From Mobula hypostoma (Eukaryota): a stretch of 64,000 bases of DNA. This document shows, piece by piece, positions 1 to 12,621 of this stretch (its first letter is position 1; every line of letters starts with the position of its first letter). Where the stretch lies: positions 34,040,001 to 34,104,000 of the forward strand of contig NC_086109.1 in the NCBI RefSeq assembly GCF_963921235.1. Direction: 5' to 3'. The notes beneath the pieces are model-generated. The model saw only the letters and a program-made list of their open reading frames with translations, was not told where the DNA came from and searched no databases. The translations under genes were made by a program, and so were the position numbers.

Positions 1-1247
1 TTAGTTGCAATTTATTTCAATCAAGGCATCTTTTGAATCTATTAAAAGGACACAAAGAATTTTTAAACATAAAACGTATGAACATGATGCATAGAATGGT
101 GGTAAATTAAGTATAATAAAAAAGAAAATTTTAATGCAAACAGTCCATAAATCAATGTGAAACTTGATACGGTTTGTTGCTTGAAAGCTTCTCAATATTG
201 GGTGTTGGACTTGTTGATGCCAAGAGCAAGACATTATCCAGATGGGTATCAGTCAATCTTGTTCTCAAATGGTTCTTGGTGTGCTTCATTTTTGAAAATA
301 ATTGCTCACACAGGTAAGTGCTGCCAAACAATGATGCCATCTTGGTTGCATGGTCCACTATGTTAGGATACTTCCCACTTGGATGAATATATTTTCTATA
401 GAAGCAAGCACTGACACATCTTCAGAATGAAATTTCGATCTCAATATGTCCTCACACTGCATCTCAATCAATTCCATTTGAAAAATTTCTGATGCATTGT
501 CCACTTTTTGAGACAATACGTTTTGAGACTTCGTAGCTGGCACGGGTATTTGCTTCATTTTCACTGCTTTTCTTGGCAAAAAATGACATCTGTTTTCCGA
601 AACTAGCCTTCATTCACTCAACTTCATCTTTCCCTGCTTGGCCAGTAAACTTGTTAAAATTTCCACTATGGCAGGTCACGTAATGTTGCCTGATATTTTC
701 CACCTTTTTCACCAGCAACATTTTCTAGGCAAATGAGACAAACTGGTTTCCCAGCTTGCTCGATGAAGAAGTAATCCAGCGTCCAAGTCTCTTGGAAATT
801 TCGGCACTCAGTGTCTATCTTCCCGCGTTTTGCATTCATTGCCATTGGAATTTTTTTCTTCGATTTTATTTCGAAACACGAGTTATTCAACAAGTATCAT
901 AGCACATGTAAATATCTGGATATTTAGCGTGGATTTCTTGTTAAAACACAGTGACGCTGTTTCTGTTTACAAATTTGAACGATCCCATCCGAAAACCTGC
1001 GCATGCACGGAGAGTATCTGACACATATTAGTAAGGTAGTCTGCCTTCCCGTCACTCGTATATACCAGTGTTTGGTTTGGAACAAAACGCCATGCCTGTC
1101 CGTCAGTGTAGTCGCGTGAAACACTCAGAATAAGGAGAAATCGCTCGCGGGCCGGATAAGCGTAGTATCCCAATATTTGCTCGCGGGTCGGTCAAAATAC
1201 CTTCGCGGGCCAGATTTGGCCTGCGGGCCGTAGGTTGCCTACCCCTG
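1..1247 (-). mobile_element. hAT (Charlie/SPIN-like, GTF2IRD2-type transposase) DNA transposon, internally deleted; far end outside the window
   Basis: ORF fragments 666-893 (KRGKIDTECRNFQETW...KPVCLIC), 358-579 (FQMELIEMQC) and 152-358 (SLFGSTYLCEQLFSKMK...QVSH). Terminus CAGGGGTAGGCAACCT at 1247, repeated subterminal CGCGGGCC motifs, flank ATCTAGAA. Confidence 0.85.
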
Positions 1248-1939
1248 ATCTAGAATTATCAGTTTCAAACACTGCGATTTACTAGGAAGGGGGAGAGTCG
1301 CCCGGGTACTGTGTTTCAGAAGGCAATCACAGCAATTAGAATTTTCAGTCTGTGGGTGGGGACAAGAGGGTGTGAATGTTTGTGAGGCAGATAGAGGGAT
1401 CCAAGAGGTGGTGCTGGAAGAGCCTGAGACCTTGAGCCTGCCCAGATGGTCTGAGACTGTTGCTTCCTGTGTGGACGAGAGTGGGGCCTGTAAGAAGGAT
1501 GAGCAACCGAACTGTGGCATGGTCATTCAGGGAGCCACTCAAGAGGGAGGAGGGGAGAGAAACATGGTTGTAATTATGGATACTATACTCAAGGGAATAG
1601 ACACAACTCTCTATAGCAAGGAACAAGAGTCCCAGAGGCTGTGTTGTCTGGCTTGTGCCTGGGTTCAGTACATCTAATTTGATTCGCAGAGGAAGAAGGG
1701 GAAGAGTCCAGGTTTTGTGGTCTATGTGGGTACCCATGACATCAGAAGAACAAGGAAAGAAATCCTAAATTAGAACACAGGGACTGAATTAAAATGCAGA
1801 ACCAAAAAGGAAATAAGCTTTGAATTGTGATCTGAGACACCTACAAATTGGCAAAGGGTTAATAAGATCAAGGAGCTTATTAACAAGGATCATGGCACAA
1901 ACATAGGTGAGGGGAAGTGGGACACTGACACCAGTAGAC

Positions 1940-3165
1940 AATAAGACTACTACAGAAGCAGAATTAGGCAACTTGGCCCATCGCATCTGCTCCACAACTC
2001 CATCATGACAGATACATTATCCCTCTCAACCTCATTCTCCAGCCTTCTCTCCATAATCTTTGACATCCTGCCTAATCAAAAGCCTATCAACCTCTGCTTT
2101 AAATATACCCAAAGATTTGCCTCCACAGCCATCTGTGGCAATTAATTACACAGATCCTCTACCGTCTGGCTAAAGAAATCCCTCATCTCTGTTCTAAATG
2201 GATATCCCTCTATTCTGACGCAGTGATCTCTGGTCCTAGACTCCCCCACTATAGGAAACATCCTTTCCACATCCATTCTATCTAGGCCTTTCAATATTTG
2301 AGAGGTTTCATCAAGATCCTCCCCTAATTCTTCTAATCTCCAACAGATACAGGCCCTGAGTATCAATCGCTCCTCATACGTTACCTCTTTTATTCACAGA
2401 ATCATTAATGCAAATCTCCTCTGGACCCCTCTAATATTAGCACATATTTTCTTAGATAAGGGGCCCAAAACTGCTCGCAGTCTGACCAATGCCTTATAAA
2501 GTCTTGATTTTATATTTTAGTCCTCTTGATAGAATATTAACATTGCATTTTCCTTCCTTATCACTAACTTAAACTGCAAGTAAACCTGCAAGGAATCCTA
2601 CACAAGGATGCCCAAACCCTTTTACACCTCTGATATCTGAATTTTCTCCTTGTTTAGAAAAGAGCCTGCGCCTTTACTCTTTCTACCAAAGTGCGTGACT
2701 AAACCACTTCCCTATACTATATCCATCTGCCATTTCTTTGCCCATTCTCCCAATCGGTCAAAGTCCTTCTTCAGAATCCCTACCTCCACAACACTGCCTG
2801 ACCCTCCACATATCTTCCTATCATCCGCAAGCATGGCCACAAAGCCATCAGTACCGTCACCCAAATCATTGACATATAACATGGAGAAGTGGTCCCAACA
2901 CTTACCCCTGCACAACACCATTAGTCACCAGCAGCCAACCAGGAAAAGCTCCCTTTATTCGCACCCTTTTCCTCCTGTCATTCAGTCAATCTTCTATACA
3001 TGTCAGTATCTTGTAAAAACGTGGGCTTCTATCTTGTTAAGCAGCCTCGTGTGTGGCACCTTAAAATCCAAGTAAACAACATCCACTGACTATCCTTTGT
3101 CTATCCTGCCTGTTATTTCCTGAAATAATTCAAACAGATTTGTCAGGCAAGATTTCCCCTTAAGG
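1940..3165 (-). mobile_element. CR1 LINE 3' portion (RT), antisense
   Basis: ORF fragments 2712-2921 (YVNDLGDGTDGFVAMLADD...EWAKKWQM) and 2142-2366 (ILKGLDRMDVERMFPIVGESRTRDH). Confidence 0.8.
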
Positions 3166-3870
3166 AAACTAAGGAGGGAACTGTTCTAATGGGAGAGGCT
3201 CCACCCGAACCATGCTGGATTCTGGCGAATCGCACAACTAAAGCTTGTGGATAGGCCTTTAAATTAAACAGTTGGGGCTGGATTCAACAGCTTAGAAAAA
3301 TACGGTTTAAAGGGAAGAGGAGTGCAGGAGAGGTATGGAAGTCACCAGAATGAGAAATAAAGACAAAGAGTTTTGAAAGCATAGGAATTTAACTTAAGGC
3401 AACGTGAGAAACAAATGTGTGGTGGATACAGGACTGAAGGCATCTGAATGCATAAATACACGAATTAAGGTAATTGCTCTTGTATAACATCACTGAGATG
3501 TGATTGAAAAAGGGCTACAGCTAGGAACTAACATCCAAGGATACACAAAAAATCAAAAGGACACGCTTGGTGGGCAAAGAAGGTGATGTGGCTTTGTTGG
3601 TATCCTTGTAGGTATCGTTAGAAAGAAGTGACAAAAGATCAGAAGATGGAGAATTTTTATGGTGGAGTTACTGCCAGGCTAAAAAGGCACTTTTGGGCCT
3701 ATTATCCAAGAAAAGATGTGCTTGGAATCATACAGTATATGGGCCTCCAAACAGTGGCCAGGATGTGGGGTACAAATTACAATGTGGGAATAGAAAAGGC
3801 ACATAAAAACAGCAATATTATGATGGTCATGGGAATTTTAATATGCAGGAGGATTGGAAAAATCATTTTG

Positions 3871-4380
3871 TAATATAATTTTTATTGAGTTTTCAAAAAG
3901 AATACATGAAAAGATAAAATCTATCCTCCCCCCTCCCCTTAACCCTCCCCCCCCCCATATATATAGTCCTACCTAAAAAGAAAGAAAGAGAGAAAAAAGA
4001 AAAGAACCGCCTGGATGTTGGAAGGTTTCCACATGCTCCATGGGATTCAAAAATAAATATTGGTATAATTATTCGTTACTTTCCCCAAGGGACCAAGGTC
4101 TTTATCGGAGCACTTAAATATGCCATCCTATCTTTTGTAAATAAGGGTGCCAAATATTCAAAAATGTTACATATTTATCTCTTAAATTATAAGTAATTTT
4201 TTCGAGTGGAATAGAACTAGCCATTTCATTATTCCAACGATCCATACTTAAATACGAATCAGATTTCCAAGTAATTGCTATAGTCTTCTTAGCTACTGCC
4301 AATGCAATTTTTATAAATTCTTTCTGATATTTATTCAATTTAAGTTTTGGTTTTATCCCTTCAATATCACCTAATAGAAA
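3871..4380 (-). mobile_element. 5'-truncated fish-type L1 inserted in the CR1
   Basis: ORF2 C-terminus EFIKIALAVAKKTIAITWK...LEKITYNLRDKYVTFLNIWHPYL with 3' UTR and AATAAA. Perfect 16-bp TSD TGGAAAAATCATTTTG at 3855-3870 and 4381-4396. Confidence 0.85.
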
Positions 4381-6659
4381 TGGAAAAATCATTTTGGTGC
4401 TGGATCCCAAGAGAAGGATTTTTTGGAATGCTCTATCTTGGGAGCAGGTTGGGGTTGGGCCCACTAGGAAAACGGCAATACTGAATTGGGTGTTCTGTAA
4501 TGAACCAGATTTGATCAGGGAGCTTAAGTTAACAGAAATTTTGCGTGAGGACTTGGACAGGTTGAGATCAGAAGTGGTAGATGGAATACAGCGGTCATGC
4601 ACTTTGGCGGAAGGAAAATGGTGTAGACTGTTTTCTAGATGAGGAGCATATTCAGAAACTGGAGGTGCAAAGGGACTTGGGCCTCCCCTTGCAGGATGCA
4701 GGTAGAGTCGGACGCGAGGAAGGCAAATGTTAGCATTCATTTTGAAAGGACTAGAACAGAAAGCAAAGATGAAATACTAAGTCTTTATAAGGCATTGGTC
4801 AGACCACATTGTGAGCAGTTTTTGGTCCCTTTATCTAAGAAATGATGTGCTGCCATTGTGGATGATTCAGGGTCTGTACTTGCTGGAATTTAGAAGAATG
4901 GGGGGAGGGGTGGGGGGGATAGATCTTATTGAAATCTATCAGATATCGAAAGGCCTACATAGGTGGATGTGGAGAGGATACTTCCAATAGGGGAGAGTCT
5001 AGGACCAGAGGGAACAGCCTCAGAATACAAGGACATCCCTTTATAGCAAGGAATTTTTTAGCCAGACGGTGGTGAATCTGTGCAATTCATTGTCACGGAT
5101 GGCTGTGATGGCCAAGTCATTGGCTATATTTCAAACAGAGGTGATGGGTCCTTGCTTAGTAAGGGTGCTGAAGGTTACTGGGAGAAGGCAGGAGAATGGA
5201 GATGAGGGGGAAAATAAATCAGCCATGATTGAATGGTGGAGCAGACTCAATGAGCTGAATGGTCTAATTCTGCTCCTGTATCTTCTGGACTTGGTTGTCG
5301 TACTATCATAATGGCAATTCAGGTATTGATTGAATATAAGGATGTCTTAGGCATAATACTATCAGATCTCAACTACTTACAGGGATCTGCAAGGCATGTG
5401 AATATAATGTAGGGAAGGTGACGGTGTAAGTTACTGAGAGAGAGAGAGTGCGACAAAGAGAGACAGAGAAAGATACACAATCCTGGAGATAAACAGGTTT
5501 CTCGCTCTTCCACGGCAGCAGGTAACAAATACTTCTCCATCTTACCAGAATATATATTCATGTGAGTGATTCCTTGCTCCACAACATTATGTTAACTTAT
5601 AATTTGGTTCAAGCTGTGCAAAGTTTTGTCAAGCACTTGTACCTGAGCAATTCTGCAAACTAGCAGATGTGGTTGTCGCATTTCTGTTTGTGGGTGCATT
5701 CTATAAGCCAGCTGGATGGCACTTTTCCTAAAATCTGACAGGGACTGTAAGGATAATGCAGTGCTTTAAGCGTTCCATTGTTTTTTCTATTCTTTGGACA
5801 CGGATCAATATGATGGAACCCAACTTTTCTTCTTACATTCCAACTGTGATTGCACCTGCATGATGGAAGAGAAAGAGAAGTATTGTGCAGAGCGCAAGTC
5901 TTGAGTGAAAGCATGTTTGATTTGTCTCCTGATATTGTCAGACATCCATGCTTCAACACTGTGCATCAATAGGTAAGACAGCTATAATTAAGTAATATCT
6001 ACCTTTTCCATCTACAGCCTGCTTTAAGTCAGATGAACATCTGTTTCTTAAACACACTGTTCCTTTTGCTCTGTAAATTAAACTAATGATCATATCTTTT
6101 GCCTTCTGAAAGTTTACTTTTGAGCTGTGCTTGATCAAACATTAATGTGCTATTTAATGGGGGAGGAGGGAGTGGGTGGGGAAGTGCATCAGTTTTGACA
6201 CTAGGGATAGCTACCTCTTACAGAAAATAGCTTCACTTCATGCACTGGATACTTCTGGGAGAAGACCTGCCCTGTGTAAATGATCTGAAAATTCAAAATT
6301 CAAAACTCGTTCAGACTGAACAGTCAAGTACAAGAGGCATAGGGATTCACAAATTCAAATGCATCGTTAGATATACTGAGTGCTATCAGGCAAATAAAGG
6401 CTCTTCTTCCTCTTGCAATGAAATGAAACTTTGGAACAAATAATGCAATTTCAATGACACAAGGTCTTGGAATTTGAAATGTGATTATTGTTAAGTAATT
6501 AGCAAATGAACCGAGTTCATTTCTCTGGTTACACATTTCTACAAATGACAAAGTTTTCATTGATAGTTATTTCAATGTGACAGATTTTGATTCCGCAGAT
6601 TAAATCGTGAACGTATAAAACAGTGGGTGAATTTGAATGGTTTAGGAAAATTCATTTTC

Positions 6660-7550
6660 ACTCAATGGAGAAGAAGTACAAACTGGCAAGTGATAGACAA
6701 AACCCAGGGCAGGTGGATGGGGGTGGGGGGGGGTGCTGGGTGATAAAGTAAGAAGCTGAGAGGTGCTAGCTAGAAGAAGTAATGGTCTGAAGGAGGAATG
6801 ACAGTGGACCATGAAGAAAGGGAAGGAGATGGTGCACCAGAAAAACGTGATAGGCAAATGAAAAGAGGAGTAGGAGGTGAACCAGAATGGGAAATGGAAT
6901 AAAGTGAGATGGGGGGGGGGAGGCGGTGGCAGAGAAGTTATTGGAAGTCGAGAAATAAGTATTCATGTCATCAGGTTGGAGGCTACCCAGACAGAATATG
7001 AGGTGTTGCTCCTCCAAACTGTGTGTGGCCTCATAATGACAGAAACGAGAATGGGAATGGGAAGATGAATTGAAATAGATGGTCTCCAGGAAATCCCGCA
7101 GAAGGTGCTTGTTGAAGCAGTCCCCCAGTCTATGTCAAGTCTCATCGATGTAAAGGAGAACCAGATACAATAGATGAACCCAGAACGACCATTCAGTCCT
7201 TCCAGGTGAGGTGGTATTTCACCTGTGAGTCTGTCAGCGTTATCTATTGTATCCAGTGCTCCCATGTGGCCTCCCCTTCTTACTTAATCCCCTCCCCCCT
7301 TCCCCCAATGACCCACCTACCCTTCCTTCCTCCCTCACTTGGTCTCACCTATCACCTGTCAGATTTTCTCCTCCCCCCACCCTTCATATTCTGGCTTCTG
7401 CCCTACTTCTTTTCCAGTCCTACTGAAGCATCTCAGCCTGAAATGCTGGCTCTTTATTTCCCTCTGCAGATGTTGCCTAACTTGCTGACTTCCTCCAGCA
7501 TTTTGTGTGTATTGCCCTGGGCTTCCAGCATCTGCAGAATCTCTTGTGTT
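6660..7550. mobile_element. Penelope-like element remnant with two oppositely oriented parts
   Basis: Minus-strand GIY-YIG C-terminus EEQHLIFCLGSLQPDDMN (6766-7017). Plus-strand QVRWYFTCESVSVIYCIQCS (~7203) followed by the pseudo-LTR with a degenerate hammerhead (7416-7451). Confidence 0.75.
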
Positions 7551-7979
7551 ATATGTATGCAAATTAATGCCTCCAATTGTATTGTTAATAATGATAATCA
7601 AACATATTTGGCAGTAATTCCTAACAATTAATAAAAGATGACATCTATTAAATAAGCAAGTTTGAATTAGATTCATCAATAGACCATCTTTATAATTTAG
7701 GCCAGTGTGCCTCCTCTAATTTTATCTTATTGTTTTCATCTTTAGATAGAATTTGTAGTTGTCAGTTTGTTCTTTTCGGAAGCACACGAGATTGGTAACT
7801 TGTCACAGCAGCAAGCCTCATCATCCTGTGCATTTTATGTAACAAAAATACATGCAAGTAACTAGTCTAACTAATACCAATGATCTTTCGAAATATAAAT
7901 TGGAACTGTGAAAGAATGAAGTCTTATTGAACCATTCCATCATGACGAATATATAACTCAGGTTATTTACATAGATTTC

Positions 7980-8540
7980 ATAAAAATCTACAGCACATTC
8001 CTGCCCCTTTGGTTCACAATGTTGTGCTGACCATGTAACTTACTCTACAAATTACCTAGAATTACCCTACCGCATAGCCCTCTATTTTTCTAAGCTCCAC
8101 GTACCTATCTAAGAGTCTCTTAATAGATCCTACTCTATCCACCTCCACCACCACCGCTGGCAGTGCATTCCAGGCACCCACCATTCTCTGTGTGAAAACT
8201 TACCCCTGACATCCCCTCTGTACCTGCTTCCAAGCACATTAAAACTATGCCCCCTTGTGTTAGCCATTTCAGTCCTTGGAACAAAGCCTCTAGCTATCCA
8301 CATGATCAATGCCTCTCATCATCTTATACACCTCTATCAGGTCACCTCTCATCCTCCATCACTCCAAGGAAAAAAGGCCAAGTTCACTCAACCTATTCTC
8401 ATAATGCACACTCTCCAATCCAGGAATATCCTCGTAAATCTCCTCTGCACTCTCTCTATCATAGCCTCATCCTTCCTATAATGACTTGACCAGAACTGAA
8501 CACAGTATTCCAAGTGGGGTCTGACCAAGGTCTTTGTTCA
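7980..8540 (-). mobile_element. CR1 LINE 3' fragment
   Basis: Reverse complement contains TTGGTCAGACCCCACTTGGAATACTGTGTTCAGTTCTGG ([13 protein letters not shown]) and a CR1-type 3' region. Confidence 0.75.
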
Positions 8541-8850
8541 GATGTTCCTAACATTGTCCACTTTAAGGCATTTGTGTTTATAACCTTTAAGTCATAACAT
8601 GGGTAAGTCAGTAAGAAGAACTGATGCATTGGGGTTTTAATGATCCAGTCCTGCAAAGAATTACAGCAGAATGATTTGGAATTTCTACTGATTCACCAGA
8701 TATATTTGGTTAGCATACAAATAATATATGAAGAGCAATTAATGTTAACTGGTATTTGGATATATAACAACCGTTATTTCTTACCACAAAATAAAATGTT
8801 TTGTTGCAAAACCAAGTAGAAAGCTAACAGCTTTCTTGCTCTATATGGTT

Positions 8851-9963
8851 TTTTAAATTTCAAAATATACTTTATTCAAAAATAAAATTATATACAATAA
8901 ACCATTCAATAACTTTTCATCCTTTACATACGTTTCCATTATAGTCAGTACATATCCATACTTATGGCTACCCATGTGGCACTCCAGTTGTTCACCTTAC
9001 CACATCATTGTTGAGGGGTATACTCCCTGCCACCCGACCCCTCCCACTCCCATGGGTGAAGAAACCTATACTGTGGTCCTTCCCCACCGGGCCCTTGCAG
9101 TGGCTGCACCGAGTTTCAGTGCGACCCTCAGCATGTACTCCTGCAGCCGAGAATGTGCCAGTCGGCAGCATTCTCCCACGGACACCTCCATGTGCTGGTA
9201 GATCATCAAGTTTCGGGCCAACCAAAGAGCGTCTTTCACCGAGTTGATGATCTGCCAGCAGCACTGGATGTTGGTCTCCGTGTGCGTCCCCGGGAACAGC
9301 CCGTAGATCAGAGAGTCCTCTGTTACGCGGCTGCTGGGGATGAAACATGACACTAGCCCGTCCATCCTCGTCCACACCCTCTTTGCGAACTGACAGTGTG
9401 CAAAGAGGTGGGTCACAGACTCCTCCTCACTGCAGTCCTCCCATAGGCAGCGGGGTGTGGAGACGATGTTCCGGGCGTACAGGAGGGCTCTGACTGGGAG
9501 GGCCCCTCTCACCGCCAGCTAGACGAGGTCTTGGTGCCTGTTGGTGAGATCTGGTGATGAGGCATTTTGCCAGATGAACTGGACAGTCTGCTCAGGGAAC
9601 CACCCCACTGTGTCCATCACATCCTTCTCCTGCAGTGCCTGCAGGACGTTACCTGCTGACCACTGCCTGATGGCCCTGTGGTCAAAGGCGTTCTCCTGGA
9701 AGAACTTTTCTATGTAGGACAGGCATGCCGGCAACGACCAGCTGACTGGGGCGTTGCGCGGGAGTGGGGCCAGACCCATCCTCTGTAGCCAGGGCGACAG
9801 GTAGAACCTCGGCACATAGTGGTACTTGGTGCCCACATACCTGGGTTCTACACACAACCTGATGCAGCCATGTACGAAGCTGACCATCAGGGTGAGGGCG
9901 ACATTGGGGACATTCTTGCCCCCGTTGTCCAGGGACTTGTGCATGATGGTCCGTCTCACCCGC
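8851..9963 (-). mobile_element. 5'-truncated Tx1/L1-clade LINE
   Basis: In-frame ORFs 9519-9959 and 9066-9512 are separated by one TAG. Zinc knuckle CLWEDCSEEESVTHLFAHC. AATAAA and A-rich tail near 8851-8880. 17-bp TSD TCTTGCTCTATAT(G/A)GTT at 8834-8850 and 9964-9980. Confidence 0.88.
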
Positions 9964-11026
9964 TCTTGCTCTATATAGTTGTTTTATCTTTCACACTAAT
10001 CTAGGACAATAGAAGGATTGTCTATCTTACAGACCATTACATGAATTCTCCTTCTGTTGCTGTAGTCATCTTTATAGTTTGAGGTTGTGTAGCAAGGTGC
10101 ACATTATGCAAATAATTTCAGGAAAATGGCACAAGAACATTGCCTAATCATAAAGTTATTTTTGCCACTTAAGAATTTACACTATTTACAACTAGCAATA
10201 TATTTGTTGGAACAACATGGGCTGCTGGTTGTTATTGTATATTAGTGTGAATATATTTATGAAATAAAGTACATGCAAGTTTTGAAAAAATCAGAGTTTA
10301 TATTGCACATTTACAGACCTTCCCTGTGAAGCAAGAACAGACTGGCAGTGTCTTCATTAGGAGTCAGTCCGATGCAGGCTTCCCAGCTCCATGTTTAAAA
10401 TCATGAGTTGGGCTGTATTACTGTAGCTTATATATTTGAGAACATTATAGATTTTTTTCAGATGTGTGAATTCGAAAAAAACTATCACATAGTAATAGGA
10501 GCGGGAGTAATCTAGTAGGCTGTTCAATCCAGTCCACTATTTAGTATGATCTTGGATAATCTATGCTGACCTCAACTGTTCCATACCAATCTCATGGAGT
10601 TTATTGTCATCTGCTTAAGTATGGTGATATACAGATAGTTCCTCATAACTCCCAATTCTTTGTCTTTCAAATATTTATCTATCTCTTTATAATCATTTGG
10701 TCTACAAGAAAATTCCTGACACTCACTACCCTCAGCGCCTGAGTCTAATTGGGACAATTCCATTGAGATATGCACCAGCCGCCTGAATATTTGACATAAT
10801 TCATCTAAGGATGCCCATTAGCTTATTTTCTTGGTCCACTGCAGACGACTCCATCTTCACACAGTACATTTTTAATTGCTGTTATTTAGTTTGAAGACGG
10901 TGGTTCTGTCCTCTAGTATTTACTCTCAAACTGCATCTGAAGTCCTATCATATTATGGTCACCAAGCGATCTCTTACTAGTCCTCCCTCATTACTCAATA
11001 ACCAAAACCAAAATAACTTGTTCCTG

Positions 11027-11132
11027 CAACATACATCAAAGTTGCTGGTGAACGCAGCAGGCCAAGCAGCATCTATAGGAAGAGGCGCAGTCGACGTTTC
11101 AGGCCGAGACCCTTCGTCAGGACTAGTTCTTG
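11027..11132 (-). mobile_element. Short Penelope-derived hammerhead-bearing element
   Basis: Perfect 13-bp TSD TAACTTGTTCCTG (11014-11026 and 11133-11145). 94/96 identical to 55773-55868 and homologous to the 3' pseudo-LTR of the Penelope copy at 20855-22500. Confidence 0.85.
11089..11124 (-). ncRNA. Minimal type I hammerhead ribozyme motif, intact
   Basis: AGUC / CUGACGA / AGG-gucucgg-CCU / GAAA-CG-UC / GACU. Both conserved core boxes present, stem I 4 bp, stem II 3 bp, palindromic ACGU stem III. Predicted cleavage after GUC, between 11093 and 11092. Confidence 0.8.
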
Positions 11133-11145
11133 TAACTTGTTCCTG

Positions 11146-11880
11146 GATAGGTTTGTAACATAGTGTTCTCAGCAGCAATCCCTGATATTTCATAAGTACT
11201 CCTCTATGATACTCTTACAAGTTGGTAGGTCAAAATACTGCACGATAATTACAGTTTCCTTCAGGTATGCTTAGATATTTCCCTGTTTATGCTCTATGGT
11301 CCTGTTTTCGGGGTCTATAGACTACTGCCATCTATGTCTTTGTATTCCCATGATTCGTGTTTTCAACTCAACCTGATTTGACATTACCCTCTGCCTCTGT
11401 ATCATGACTCAATACTACTCATACACCTGCTGATTAACACCTGTCCCCCTTTCCCTCTTTCCTGTTATTTTGCATCATATAACCCAAAATAAAGAGGATC
11501 CAGTCATAGTCACCCTGGAGTCACATCTCTGTAATAGCTATTAGATCGTGTTCGTACGTTGCTATTTGTGCACAATTCATCTAACGTATTGTAACTGCTA
11601 CATGCATTCAAATAGACAGTTAATCTTTAATTTGTTTTAAACCCATTTTAGGTAACTCTTGATTTGCTCTGTACTGCATACTTGGGTTTAACATTTCCCA
11701 CCCCAGCCCTTCACATTTTGCTTGACAATTTGTCATTCACAAACATCGCTCTCTTATTTCCAGGAATGATTAGATATCCATTCTTGAAGTCCACTCCAAT
11801 GCCTGTCCTATTTAGTTTAAAGCCTTATCTACAACCAATTTATACAACCACCATTGAGCCGAAATCACTGTGAATTTATG
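11146..11880 (-). mobile_element. Highly degenerate CR1 endonuclease region
   Basis: Reverse complement near 11520-11620 resembles the CR1 ORF2 N-terminus (CLYLNA...DEL). Heavily decayed. Confidence 0.45.
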
Positions 11881-12621
11881 GCAGTAGCAAGTCATCTAAA
11901 TTCCAGAAGTTACTGGGTAGATACCAACATACCAAACAGCAATGAACTCTGCTCCTTTTGTTTCTGAGAAGAACAACTGAGGAGACACCTCTAGCACAAT
12001 CTCTTTCCCCCGAAGTGCTCCAAAACCACTGGAAAGATAAGGGTTAATATCCCAGGTCAACATCCCTATCAGAGCAATACTGAGGTCCTAATTACACTTG
12101 GATTGGCTCCAATGGGAGAGCTACATTACTCACAAGCTGACCAGGTACCCAAAAGTACACATCCTATTCCAAGCTGTCACATATATATAAAAAAAAATCA
12201 GGTGGAGGCAGCAAGACTTAAGGACATCTTCAATGCCCTGTAGAGGGGATAAAAAGCAGCCCCTCTGACCCTGGGAATCCTTAACCCATGCACACTTATG
12301 TGGAGAAGGCAGACTTGTGATGGTGCTGACATTACCAAGTATATGCATCAAATTGCAGGAGCACAACACCTCACAAGCTACTGACTTGCTTGTTCTGTCA
12401 GGCACCGCCGTCCCATTTGTGCTGGAATATGTAGGTCTCAGACTGATGTCCTCAGTCACCTGAGAACCAGATTGGAAGCAATCATCAATCATAAGGGATC
12501 ACCTACAAGCAAAGAAAAAAGGCAACCTGCTCTCTAATTCACTGATGTTGCACTAGTTCAGATTTCTGTGTGAAATTCTTCACTAGCCATCTGATTTTCA
12601 GTTGCGTGGCCATTAAGGGTT

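Larger units (their letters stand above)
1340..5290 (+). mobile_element. Old fragmented CR1 LINE (ORF1 esterase-like, endonuclease and RT/3' remnants) interrupted by younger insertions
   Basis: 1372-1677 resembles CR1 ORF1 (RNMVVIMDTILKGID...RLCCL). Also 4394-4642 (PTRKTAILNWVFCNEPDLI) and 4639-4845 (LSLYKALVRPH). CR1-type 3' end near 5290. Confidence 0.65.

Noticed and set aside
152..893. Domesticated GTF2IRD2/EPM2AIP1-like host gene
   Set aside because: Frameshifted, internally deleted and bounded by a TIR, so it is a transposon relic.
4114..4740. 208-aa ORF as a host gene
   Set aside because: Chimeric artefact: antisense CR1 sequence read into the L1 ORF2 C-terminus across the TSD at 4381-4396.
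5300..6650. Possible exons of a neighbouring gene in this repeat-poor region
   Set aside because: No frame gave a recognisable protein with consistent splice sites.
10343..10354. TGGCAGTGTCTT, identical to the first 12 nt of miR-34a
   Set aside because: The rest of the mature sequence and the star arm are absent. At most a chance target-like site on minus, ~8.7 kb past the NUDT3 stop.
12130..12492. 120-aa ORF in apparently unique sequence
   Set aside because: No recognisable domain or exon structure.
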